Source: Anthoceros angustus
Lineage: Eukaryota; Plantae; Anthocerotophyta
Assembly: GCA_010909165.1 (NCBI GenBank)
Contig: MU008172.1
Span: 372,001 to 436,000 of the forward strand
Length of the DNA stretch: 64,000 bases
Direction: 5' to 3'
Positions 1-11,279 of the stretch are shown one piece after another. The position numbers and the translations under genes were made by a program. The stretch's first letter is position 1; every line of letters begins with the position of its first letter. The notes under the pieces were generated by a model. The model was not told the origin of the DNA. It saw only the letters and a list, made by a program, of their open reading frames with translations, and ran no database searches.

Positions 1-60
1 TATTGTTTCTTTGCTATTCTAGCCAACTTTGGTTGAAGTTGCTGGCATTTGTCTTGGCCA

Positions 61-574
61 GGTCTCTGCTGGTGGGATGGCTGTGAGCTGCTTCCTTGTG
101 GGTTTTTCATTCTACCTGAAGGTCAGAACTCACCTTTAATCGCATGCTTATTCCGCTGTCGCTAACTTGTTTTTCTTTCCTAACGGAATGCATTGGCTCT
201 GATTCTTGTTCCAGGGGCAGATGGCCATGATGTCAAGCCCGAACATGGATATCTATGTGAATGTTTTAGCATTGACCAGCTTACTGGTGTACATCATCGC
301 GTTCTCGATGGGCATGGGTGCCATACCGTGGATAGTTATGTCTGAAATCTTTCCAGCAAATGTTAAGGGTATGGCAGGGAGCTTGGCGACTCTAGCGAAT
401 TGGTTTGCAGCTTGGACAGTGACTATGGTGTTCAACTTCATGTTGCAGTGGAGCTCTGCGGGCTCCTTCTGGATATTTGCAGGGGAGTGTGCTTTAACTG
501 TGGTGTTCGTGGCACTGTTTGTGCCTGAGACAAGGGGCCGTACTTTAGAGGAGATAGAGGCTTCCTTCGAATGA
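61..574 (+). CDS. MFS sugar transporter (ERD6-like), last two exons; 5' part outside window
   Basis: Motifs FSMGMGAIPWIVMSEIFPANVKG and VPETRGRTLEEI; GT-AG intron at ~122-214; stop at 574. Confidence 0.9.
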
Positions 575-1284
575 GATCATCAGCTCAAGGGCAGTGATCA
601 GATCATTCTATTTTTGCGGCATTCCCTTACGGCTGGGCGTGGTGTTACGATCAGGTAGGGCGCCAGCAGTGCTCTGAGATCGTTTGTCATACACCTAGAC
701 GTCCGCAAAGACAAACCGTAAGAACAGTAAGTTAACGCCGCGGTAAATTTGAAATAGAGGCAGTAATTGTGGATAGTAGATCGACATAGGTTAAATGTAC
801 AGACACCACCTGTGACGTGGTACAGAAGATATGGCCCTGATGAACGCTTACAGAACGGTCTGACAGAAGGCCGCGTCCAGGTTGACACATCCTTGCATTG
901 ACGGTGGAGGACCATTGTTTTCATACTTGTGGTCTGAAAATTGTGTATCCTCATAGGCGCAGAATCTAGATGCGTAACCCTGCTTGCCCAACTAGAGGAA
1001 GTTGGCGATTACAATGAAGCGGGAGTGAAAGAAGAAAAACTCTCTAATAGGTTTTAGGGTCCTCATCCAGGTTTTGGGTACCTGGAATAATTTTTACCAC
1101 TTGTGGCCTCGGGCGGCCTTTCAATTCATTGTATGCTGATAGATAGCACAAGGAATATTTAACTAGAAAATAATAAATTAGTATTATTATTATTATTTAA
1201 ATTACTCAATAGATAATATTAGCATGATTATAAGTTAAAAAAATCTAGTCAGTAATCTATATTGCTTTAACAATGTCCATCTAG

Positions 1285-2256
1285 CTATGGTAGGCTATCA
1301 TCATCATCTTCCCATAGCTCATCATCAAAGTGGTCGTCATAATATTTGCACCTACATCTTATTCCTCTCCTAAGTTTAAGTTCTGGCTTTTCGTCACATG
1401 TTGTTGTGGGAATGAGCTCGTGCTCACGCCCTATTGATGCCAATGGCATATCTTGCCAAAGTATCTCCTCTACTTCCTTTGCCTGCAAAAATATTGCCAT
1501 TTCAAAGGTAGGGTCCAAACCCTTCTCTCTCACGACACAAGCTTTGAACAAGTCCAATAAGATGGCGGTGTCGTTTGCCGCGTATTCTTGTTGCTTGTAA
1601 GATAAGTTCATGCCTCTCTTGAAGGTCATTTGCATGGCCTTTGTCAGTCCCTTCCCCAAGAAGTCCGCCGCGCATCTATGAAGTGAAGGCATGTCTTCCA
1701 ATCCCATCAATTTCTTTGCCCATACCTGTAAGTCCACGACAGAGCGATGTAGGAGCTCCCTTTGTTGGCTGCAAGCCACTTCAGATCTGGGCGTCTAGCA
1801 AATCCAAATTTCACCACCTTTTCATTGGCCATCAATGAATGGAAGTCCTCCGCCCAATCGTTTGCTACTTCCATTGCAAGATCACTTGAAGGCGGAGCCC
1901 TTATCGCAGTTCCAATATCCATGATGGGGTCCATGATCTTATTCACAGAAATATCTATCAGGAATGTCATGTTGGCGTTGTTTGCCATATTGCCCCTTAA
2001 AGAAAGTTGAAGCAAACATGGTATGTTTGACTTCCTGTACACCATCTCTGTCTCTACGTCGAAGCTAGCACAATATGCTTGCTTAACACTTTGGTGCAAT
2101 TTCTTCCATTGGACCTCCCTGGTTTTCCTAGGAATATTTGGATACCCTATGTATATCAAGCCTCCTTGAGGCCTCCTATACGGCACTCTTAGTTTCCTCC
2201 TCCATCCTTTGTTTCTTCAACCTTTGATTAGCTCGACTCAACGCACCTTTCCCCAT
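1285..2256 (-). pseudogene. Intronless DEDDy 3'-5' exonuclease (WRN/Mut-7/EXD/RNase D-like), frameshifted
   Basis: ExoI SFDVETE, CLLQL and ExoII DLKWL in ORF 1707-2186; VVDLQ, SL...FLG and ExoIII QQEYAANDT in ORF 1285-1779. Frame change near 1760; the upstream ATG at 2256 is in a different frame from ORF 1707-2186. Confidence 0.75.
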
Positions 2257-2410
2257 TATTTAATACTAGTCCTAAAACGGATTGTATTAGGTGATACATC
2301 GCGGCATCCGAGGAGTAATGACTTCCTAATTTCTATTATCCAATGGACCTTATATAACTATTGATTCTCCATCTCAATTCGGCTTAAAGCTCCGCCGCAT
2401 GTTCGCTTTT

Positions 2411-2566
2411 ATCCAAAATAGCTTTTCCTTGTACTCTATATTTGTAGAGATAATCCAAAATAGCTTTGCCTTGTACTCTATATAAGTAAAGATGATCTAA
2501 AACAAAATTTCTTTTCGATATATATGTAGAGATGATCTCGAATAGCTTTTCCTTTATTCTCCATAT
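2411..2566. repeat. Degenerate ~42-bp tandem repeat (about 4 units), interrupted by the MITE
   Basis: Unit atccaaaatagcttttccttgtactctatatttgtagagata repeated with decay; gatgatccaaa resumes after 2978. Confidence 0.7.
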
Positions 2567-2970
2567 CAGGGTGTCATTTTGACCCCGTCCCAAGCTCGGT
2601 CCCGGTCTCGGCATGTGTTAAAAAAAACATGGGACCGAAGGTTCTTCAGGAGTCCGGTCCCCACCCTCGGTCCCCTATTTTTTTCGGGGACCGAGAGTTC
2701 ATAAAAGGTCCGGTTTAAAATTAGTAAATTACTTAATTTTATATCCAAGGATTTATATTTATTATGGACACATGGACCCATCTTATCATGGACGCATCAT
2801 CGGTATCTGCGGACTCAGCGTCTGCTCTTTATATTATTATTTATAAATTATTTATTTAATATTTATTATATTTAGTGACCAAGGGTCGCAAAAGGCAGTC
2901 CCTCCTCGGTCCGAGACCAGCGTAGCCTTGGCGATCCGGACCGAGATAGTACTCGGTCAAAATGACACCG
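2567..2970. mobile_element. hAT-family MITE
   Basis: TIRs cagggtgtcattttgacc (2567-2584) and ggtcaaaatgacaccg (2955-2970); perfect 8-bp TSD ctccatat at 2559-2566 and 2971-2978. Confidence 0.9.
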
Positions 2971-5226
2971 CTCCATATGTCCGGATGATCCAAATGCATA
3001 AATGAACTTATGAACTATTGCTAGGAAGGCGGGTTCCTTCCATTTAGGGGCGCCTTACACCACTCACCGGGTTTCGCTTAGGCGATCTATTTTGATCCGT
3101 GGGTTTTGTTCTTGATGTGGTTATAACCGATCCCACCCGGGGATGTCTGCCATGTTATTCTTAACTCCTCAAGTTGGGCGGCGGAGGGATGCACGGCTAA
3201 GGTCACAAGTACTCTCCTATGTGACGGCCACGCCGTCCCCATTGAGACTCATGGAGCCATGGGCAAGGATTTCTTTAGGTTCGTCAAGGCTGCGCCAAGG
3301 CTTATCATTCAAGAATGGGGTTGGCCTCCCCTTGTATTGTTGCTTTCTTTTCCGAGGGTTCCCATCGCTCTGCAGGCGTTATGTGATATAGAACCAATGA
3401 CGCGGAGATGCGACTTCTTGACGGTGGTAAGTAGGCCTTTTTACATCCCTGACCACGAAGTTCTTCGGGCGGTTGGTAGTTTTGAAATGCGTGATTGTGG
3501 GGGCTAGTCCCCCTGGCATGGTGCCCTTTGTTGGGTTTTTTCCCCTTTGTTTTGGGGTGGATGGGTTTTTCCCACCTCTTTCTCATAATTAAGTCTTCTT
3601 TTCCAAACTTATGAACTCAAGACTTAGGTATTGAGTTCTCCATAGGGCCATGAGGCATACAATAGAACATTAGAAGTTTTCTCAATTCATGTGCATTCTT
3701 GGGCTCAACAGTCTGATACTTTATGGATCCATAATGCCACTTGGGTCATCCTTGCCCATGTTGGGCAATCACAGTTGGATGAGGGGAATGATGATCCATA
3801 TGGGCAATCACAGTTGGATGAGGGGAATGCCCTCTACACAATCTTCAAATCACCCCTATCACTTTCTACTCTTGCGGCCTCACCCAAAATCAGCATGTGT
3901 TTGAAATCAAGTGAGCCAGGCGCCTCGCCTCATGCTCGCCCAGCCGCCATCACAGTGCACATCCCGGTGCGTGCTCCCGAGCCTCGCAATCCCACGAGGC
4001 AACCCACCACCACCTTGTTGGCTTCGCTATTACCCCCCTTTTACAGATTTAGGACTAGGCTCTTCCTCTTGCAGGTTCTAAATCACACACACCACGCATA
4101 GCCAGATTCCTTCACCATTGTTTAGTCATCCTCTCGGACTTGGCCTGGACTGCTCTAAAGTTTCTTCAACCTCGATGGTGCCACCGCTGGACGCTCCATT
4201 CCGGTTCTTAACCACTTCCTTAAGCAACCTCGCAAAGGACCTAGCGAGCTCTTCCTCGCCAACGTTCTCATCCTCTCTCCATACTTACGAACCTTATAAA
4301 TACAAGTTCAATTTATATTCAACATTCAAATGTAGAAGCCCCTCCCAATAGAAATGGAATAATTCTTAATGAACTGACATTCTTAGCCTTTTTATAAAGG
4401 CTAAGTAATTTGTAGGTCAATTAGTGATCACCCTATTGATGTTATACTGACAAGAAGCTAGCTTTAAAATGCTTTTACAAGGAACCTTACAAACCTTACA
4501 AACATATTTTTCACTTAGAATTCATTCAGTAGTTAGAGCCGGTTTGCCATGTGTGCTACTTCAAAGCGCAAGACCACCCTGAAAGTTTAGTTCATTCATA
4601 CTTAGTGGAAATGGAAAGGTATATTAATAATAGACTCATTCAACGATTTGGTCACTGAGTTGTTGTATTGAAGAAAGTTTTGACCAATTAAACATGGTGA
4701 TATTTGAATTCCGCAGTTGAGTCCTTAGAGCGGATCAACGTACAGGGATGGAGATCCTACCATTAGCTTGCTTTGTTCTGCTTACTCAACTTACAAGAAG
4801 GCCCACATGGATTAGTCGCCCGGGATAAGCAGGCTCCAGTTGCCCTGTCATGAGATATTCAGGCGTGCAACCTTCTTTTTGTATTCAGTGAGTTTGGACA
4901 TTTCCTTTCCTTTGGCATGAGCGAGAAAATCCTTAAGGCTAACGCTCTATGATATATAGGAGATCCAATAGGACCTGAGTTGGCGTGTTGAAAGCTATAA
5001 AGCAGCTTTCTATGATATTTTTTACACTATAACCAGTAACTCGATATAGGTTGGACATATCAATCTACTCAGATGCACACAAACAGGGCTCAACACTGAA
5101 GAGAGGGACCCTTTATTGACCTTCTATCAACCCTCAGTTGAAAGGTTAATAATCTATTCCTTGCACGAGGTTTTCTACATCTGGCTGCAAACAACCCTGT
5201 CAATTAGACATTGCATACATAATTAC

Positions 5227-5248
5227 ATATATATATATATATATATAT
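5227..5248. repeat. (AT)n microsatellite
   Basis: Direct inspection. Confidence 0.9.
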
Positions 5249-5250
5249 TA

Positions 5251-5599
5251 GGCCTAGACAAGGACGTATGCCCTCAGCATCGGAGTGTGCACACTTGGCA
5301 CCAAGTGTTAGACCTCACATCATATCATGAGGATCGCAAAATACAAATTTAGTAATTCAACCCTGATTTGAAAGGTTAATAATATAATTATTCAGAATAT
5401 AAAAATAAGGAGTTCACTTATGGGATTTATAGCCGCAATTAGATAAGTGCCAAGATATAGGTATATAGAAGTTTATATTGCTAAATTTATATTTTGCAAT
5501 CCGGTACTTTAGGTTATGATGTGAGATCTAAGGCTTGGTGCCATGTTTGGCAGTGAGCACACTCGGATGCTGGTAGGGGCATACAATTCTTGTCTAGGC
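5251..5599. mobile_element. Foldback/MITE-like element with ~80-bp imperfect terminal inverted repeats
   Basis: 5251-5326 (gcctagacaaggacgtatgccc...gacctcacatcata) is the imperfect reverse complement of 5514-5599; AT-rich interior; no clear TSD. Confidence 0.65.
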
Positions 5600-5914
5600 T
5601 GTTGGCATCGTGGTTAACGATGATGGTTGATGCTAACGTTTCTAAATAGCACGTCTCTTCTTCCAACGCAAAGTCAAGATATTTCTTCTTCCAAAGCCAA
5701 CTCCGAAAAAGACCCCTTTCGTTCTCGGCACCATGAAAGCTTCGTTGCCAAAAGACTTCAAGCTCGGGTTGTCCGAAGCTTTCAAGCACCTACCAATGTT
5801 TTGAAATGTGAATGAGAATAACCAAAAGATCCACTCAATCAATATCAACTGAAAAAAAGGGGTGATTTGTGTTGAAGGCCCGTCCTAGCTGGGCTGGCAC
5901 CCATATTTATGAGC

Positions 5915-6112
5915 TGTACATGTAGGGAGGGTGCAACGCTTCTCACCTCACACACGAGTTTCTGAGACGTCCATGTATGAAGGATGGAACGTTTCTTACC
6001 TCACTCTCAAGTTTCTAAGACGTACATGTATGGAGCATGCAACGCTTCTCACCTCACTCTCAAGTTTCTAAGACGTACATGTATGAAGGATGCAACGCTT
6101 CTCACCTCACAC
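5915..6112. repeat. 53-bp minisatellite, about 3.7 copies
   Basis: tgcaacgcttctcacctcac-like core at 5932, 5985, 6038 and 6091. Confidence 0.9.
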
Positions 6113-6496
6113 TGCCACGACAACAACCGTCACGACTCGTTGTGTACACCTACAACTTCCTATTCCAACACCATGGCCGCCAGGTACGCCTCCCCCGGCT
6201 CCGACACCCGGCCGCACCCAGCCCCACGGCCAGCACCCCGAACCCCAGCAGGCTGCCGCTGGGGTCGTTGGCCAGCTACAGGCTCTTGACCAGGATGAAA
6301 TCCGAGGGCGGGGGTTTGTAGGCCCTTCTCATTCACACTGCGCTCTGCTGCGCTGAGATTGCATTTCACACATCAGATAACAATCGAATCACACACCGGA
6401 CACTAAACTACGAACTTGGACAGCGCTCCCAACGGCACGTAATTTATTGCATGAATGCACGCTTTACAGGTTCGAACATGGAAACGAATTCTCCTC

Positions 6497-8287
6497 TCAA
6501 ACAACGAAGTCAATTGGTCGGAAGAGATAGGACACTTGGATCCAGAGTGAGGTACCCACGCCTTCGCAAATGAGGCTCCATGTATTGTCCAGAATGTTAT
6601 ATCCCACCAAGTCCGCGCACCCACCGAGCAGGTCAAAGCCAGTCTCAATAGTGAAGTACAGTGTATCACCCATCAAGGAAGCTCCATCCAAGGTGACCAC
6701 CCGCTCAGTCATCTTCAACCGCTCCTTTATCTCCAACGTCTCGAGCGTCATTGGTTTCATGAGCATCTCCTGCAAATGCTTAGGCAGAAACGATACCTTC
6801 CGCCAGCTATAAGGGCTCCTTTCCAGCTCCCAAACTCCAACATCCACCTTGTGCCGGTCGAGGCCTTGTTCAAGACCAAAAAGTCTCCCCCGCCACGCAA
6901 AGACGTTGCAGATATGTCCCGGCTTCGTACTCTCCTCTTGATGGAAAATGTCATCATCCCACTTCCCATCCCAAATAATTTTGCCACTTTTGAGACTGTG
7001 GATGTTCATACAGTTGTCCTCCTCTGCTGTGCAAAGTTCACCATTGCACAAAACATATTGAGGCCAGTGAAAGCCATCGTCGTCCCTGCCGATAAACCAG
7101 AGTGGTCGAGTCAGGGTCGTGGCTTCCCAGCTATTATCCTTGGACCTGTAGATGGTTACAGTTGGTTCATTTTTCCGCATACACAAAACCATGACGGTAA
7201 AGTGCCCGCTTGCGTCCACCTCAAGCTGGACTCTCCAGCGGGCTCGGTGGTCATGAAAGTCATCTTCCTTCCCAAACTCCTGGGGCAGCTCTGTGAACGT
7301 TCTTGTGACAGGATTGGCAACGCAGAAACTCATCCCTACTACGTCATGCTCCTCATCATAATCCTCGTTGTCTGCCATGAAATATCCCTCCTCATCCCTC
7401 TCCTCGTTCTCCTCATAATTATCCCCCTCCCTGTTTGCATCCCCATCCTCATTTGCATCCCCATCCCCGTCCCCGTTCCTGTCCCCATCCCCGTCCCTAT
7501 TCCCCTCCTCCTCCTCCTTCCCCTGCTCCTCACCCTCCTCCTCCTCCTCCTCATCCCCGTCCCCATCCCCCACCCCACTGCCATCTGAACGAGACGGAGA
7601 CACCTGGAGTTGCTGAGTTTCCTTAGGTTTTCCAGTCTTCTGTCTATCAACCTTAAAGATGCAAACCAACCCGTCGTGCACAACGTACTCTTGAAAATGG
7701 AAAGCCTGGAATTTGGGAGGAAGAAAGGATAAGCCAACCTTGACATCCTCCAACTCCTCGGTCTCAGACGCCCTTTGAGCGCACGGCTTGCAAGGAACCA
7801 GCTTGCCGGGCTTGTACTCCAGGTTGCAGACTGGAGGTTCAGGTGGCTCCACGGAATCACACAAGCGCTTGAAATCTGAAGATGCCAGGAGGGACTGCCA
7901 GGTCTTGCAAACTATGGAGAAGCGTACGCGGCTGCCCAATGGCACCCTGGCCAGAATTATATGTAGACATTCCAAGGGCAGATTGCTCCACAGAGAAGGC
8001 TTCATCTCGAAGCTGTGAGGATCCAAGGGTTCTCCCAACTGACCATGCAAGACATCGAGCAGGAAATAGGGATGCTCGAACCAGCTTCCACACTTGGTGC
8101 AGGTCCTCTCCTTCACTTCGTCCCACTCCACCGAAGAGTCCCACCCTCGTGAGTTGCGCTCTTCACATTCGTCGCACAGCTCCATGCTCAAGGAATTCCT
8201 CTTGGTCACTGGCGGACGATCACCGGCGCACACCGGCTCCGTCTCAAGTTCCCAGTTCAGGCTGGAAAGGAATGAGAAGCATCTCAA
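6497..8287 (-). CDS. Intronless F-box protein with kelch/FBA-like C-terminus, acidic insert and N-terminal CxxC...CxxC; true start may be the MELCDEC Met (~8185)
   Basis: 596-aa ORF; F-box LWSNLPLECLHIILARVPLGSRVRFSIVCKTWQSLL; HDGLVC, VANPVTRTFTELP, YRSKDNSW and YNILDNTW motifs. Confidence 0.85.
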   Translation of the reverse strand: MRCFSFLSSLNWELETEPVCAGDRPPVTKRNSLSMELCDECEERNSRGWDSSVEWDEVKERTCTKCGSWFEHPYFLLDVLHGQLGEPLDPHSFEMKPSLWSNLPLECLHIILARVPLGSRVRFSIVCKTWQSLLASSDFKRLCDSVEPPEPPVCNLEYKPGKLVPCKPCAQRASETEELEDVKVGLSFLPPKFQAFHFQEYVVHDGLVCIFKVDRQKTGKPKETQQLQVSPSRSDGSGVGDGDGDEEEEEEGEEQGKEEEEGNRDGDGDRNGDGDGDANEDGDANREGDNYEENEERDEEGYFMADNEDYDEEHDVVGMSFCVANPVTRTFTELPQEFGKEDDFHDHRARWRVQLEVDASGHFTVMVLCMRKNEPTVTIYRSKDNSWEATTLTRPLWFIGRDDDGFHWPQYVLCNGELCTAEEDNCMNIHSLKSGKIIWDGKWDDDIFHQEESTKPGHICNVFAWRGRLFGLEQGLDRHKVDVGVWELERSPYSWRKVSFLPKHLQEMLMKPMTLETLEIKERLKMTERVVTLDGASLMGDTLYFTIETGFDLLGGCADLVGYNILDNTWSLICEGVGTSLWIQVSYLFRPIDFVV

Positions 8288-8542
8288 ACCCGTACGCGAT
8301 TATGTAGGGCAATTTCATGGCAGAAGTTGCGAGCTCAGTCTCAGTCTCAGTCTCAAGTTCGCAGTTCCGGCGGGAATGAGAATGACAGGCATTTCAAACC
8401 GGGACGCGATGAGGTATGTACGCAATTTTCATGGCAGAAGTTGCGAGCAAATATAATAAGAAGTACATACATAGTCTTTTCAAAGGTTCACACATCCCAA
8501 GCCCACAGGTTTCCCAGGCCGCGGCGGCATTTGGTTTCCTTG

Positions 8543-8797
8543 TTCGGATCTGCCCTGCTGTGTCTTTTGTCGCGTCCATTTCACTAGGAGAGCTGCTCTT
8601 CTTTCATATGATTCTCACACGCAAGGGCATCTGCACCTTTGAGTATCTGATTGCTATGAGAGCAGAGACAGATGATCAGGGAAAGTCCGTCCAAGTAGCT
8701 GTCCCGGCCAATCCTTGTTTCTAAGGGGATTACAGGTCTCTGGCAGCACAAAATTCAGACTGCTGTACTGGAGCGGCCACTGGGTCAACATCACCGT
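8543..8797 (+). pseudogene. DHHC protein S-acyltransferase C-terminal fragment
   Basis: SLGELLFFHMILTRKGICTFEYLIAMR matches the post-TM4 TTxE region of plant PATs; no DHHC domain upstream; early stop. Confidence 0.65.
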
Positions 8798-9829
8798 AAG
8801 GGGCTCTCATTATCTGCACCTGAAACTCCTCCAACTCCCCACCATTTGCTGGTGTTCATAGACCAGTTATGAAAACCGTGGAATAAAAACATGATTCGAG
8901 CATCTGAAATGTTCTCTTTGTACAAGTTAGCAATCTGCTGCATCCATGAATCTCCCCCTAGTCATTGCATCCATGCTGCCGCCAAGTATACCGATGAAGG
9001 CAAGTAGGCTGCGATGGACTCGTAAAGCATCGGTCAGTGGCACACAGGAAGAGACGGCCAGCACTTTGTTTGCACCAGGAGTTCTTCTGTTCTTGTTGTC
9101 TTTCATTTCTTCCTACAAGACGCAACCATGAGCCGAAAACGAGGGATCTGACAAGCTGGGGGTGTCCAGGCTTTCTCAATTCATCGAAGTTCACTTCATC
9201 CCTGCGGTGTCGCTGCAAACGACGGGCAACAACAGCAATGCTTGATAGTCCTCTCGCTGTGTGTTATCTGACCCAGTAAATGACCAATGCATGTGTTCAG
9301 GGAAGCCAGCTGCTGCAAGACAAGCAGCTTTTCCATAGTACTATCTCCAAGTTTCCCTTGCATCCTGAGAGGACAGAAGTCAAAACCCCATTCAGAAGCA
9401 ACATTAATTGCAAAATAAGCATGGTGCTCCCTCCCGTGGAATTCAAAGAAATCGAGCCTTGCATATCGTTACGACCTCGGATATGCACCTCACAAGCCTC
9501 GCATGGCTACCTACTAAACTGACGATAAGCCATCATATGATGTAAAGGGTACTTTGGCGTATTGCAGGCTAGGCAAACCAATTTGGAACAGCAGGGACAA
9601 AGCGGAATGTTCTGGACACAAATTGTTCACATTGTTACCAGAGTTTGTCACAAAAATTGTATCCCCGTCCCGAAACAGAGAAACACCTATAGCTTTCGGC
9701 CTAGGCGGATGAAGTCCCCGAATGTCTCAGCGAATGTAGAGAAATCTGGGCATTATAGGCCTGAGCAGTCAGCTACGGTGGACGATGCTGGCTTGTGGTG
9801 GAGGATATCCCATCACTGGAATGGCCCTC

Positions 9830-10150
9830 GGTTTGGCCAGGCTCACGATCCACAGCTAGGTCTGATCCGTAGAAGGTCCTCTTGGAAGGTTAGTGGTGGC
9901 TTCCTCTTCCTCATCCATCGGCTCTGCCTAGGCAGTAAGTAAGCTCCTGTCCAGAGATTCGCAGTGCTGAGGCTGGGCAAGCAACGAAGGACACATATCC
10001 TGCCGTGGCTACCTGTTCGCTGCCATCCAAGTCATCGAGAGAATCCTAAAGAAATCGGCAGAGGTGCGCATGGCTCTTGGCTGAGTGCTTGCCGTGCATC
10101 CCCAGCGATAAGGGCATCCCATGCAACCAACTCAATAGCAGCCATCATGG
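9830..10150 (-). pseudogene. Highly decayed PLS-class PPR relic
   Basis: ELVAWDALIAGDARQA resembles DLVSWNAMIAGYAQQG; CLGRA downstream resembles LGRAG; many frameshifts. Confidence 0.35.
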
Positions 10151-10156
10151 CAAATG

Positions 10157-10615
10157 CATGTTTCACACATCAGATGCACATTCGAATCACACACCCTCGT
10201 TTAGACACTCAACAACGAACTTGGACAGCGCTTCCTACAGCGGGAGCTTAATTGTTTGAATGGATGCTTAACAGGTTTGAACACATGGAAACGGATCCTC
10301 CTCTCAAACAACGAAGTCATTTGGTCGGAAGAGAAAGAACTCTTTTATCCAGAGTGAGGAATACGCGCCGTCGCAAATGAGGCTCCAATTTTTATCCAGA
10401 ATGCGTCCAGGTCCAAGCCATTCTCAAAAGTGAGGTACAGTGTGTATCACCCATCAAGGTGGCTCCATCCAAGATGACGATCCGGGCAGTCATCTCCAAC
10501 CGCCCTTTGTCTGTAACGTCTCGAGGTCATTGGTTTCATGAGCATTTCCTGCAAACAGAAACCATACCTTCCTCCGGCTATATGGGCTCCTTTCAAGCAC
10601 CCAAAACTCCAACAT
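10157..10615 (-). pseudogene. Partial duplicate of the 3' end and 3' flank of the F-box gene
   Basis: Colinear with 6361-6843 (e.g. tttcacacatcagat, acgaacttggacagcgct, ctctcaaacaacgaagtca, tcacccatcaagg, cattggtttcatgagcat), with indels. Confidence 0.85.
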
Positions 10616-11279
10616 TAACGTGTCATGAGTCTCACCTCATGGTTCAAAACGCCAAGTTAATAGTACAGCTACAATTATTGTACACAGCCCCGAATGCCAC
10701 ATAGTTGTTCAGAATCTTCCTGATCATTTTTTATCAACCAAGGCTTCCTAACTAGCTAAGAGATCACAATAGTAGGATACACCAAAGCAAATCACCACAC
10801 CAATCCACTCATCCATTAGCAAATCTTTTTAATTAAGGCAACGCATTATCATCTCATTCTCATGGTTTACAGAGCCAAGCTAATCGTTCGGCTACAAATC
10901 TAATCGATGCAGTGCCCATTTTGACATTAGTAAAATTTCTCAGCGGAGTCAAGTCTTCTAAATTATTTAAGAGTGCAACTATAAATCTACTATAAGAAGC
11001 CGAACACGCCCACCAAACTTATGTATATATTCGGTTAAAAAATGTATTTATATTCATAAAATACTTATTTAATGTCACATGGTATAAATAATGTATAAAA
11101 TTTGGATTTCACTATAGAGAGGTACCGGAGAAAAATTTAAATCTCATACAGCAGGAGGCGGTGCGCATTTGGTACACCATACGCCCCTTCCAACAACTTG
11201 CATTTGCATAACTTGCATTTGCACATCAGGAGAAGGTTCTCATTTTGTTTGCGTTGTTTTTTGTGCAAGGAATGCTTGT

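Noticed and set aside
838-936. TGATGA...CTGA box C/D snoRNA candidate
   Set aside because: No terminal stem or recognisable rRNA-complementary guide; such motifs are expected by chance
5915-6112. Possible CRISPR-like arrays (here, at 55615-55905 and at 19137-19222)
   Set aside because: Units repeat along their whole length or have only tiny variable gaps; no unique spacers, no cas genes; eukaryotic context
6776-7588. 270-aa plus-strand ORF and other overlapping ORFs
   Set aside because: Antisense to the F-box gene; the hydrophobic runs are the mirror of the acidic repeat
10621-10926. tgtca...tgaca possible solo LTR
   Set aside because: No TSD (taacg vs ttagt) and no second copy in the window
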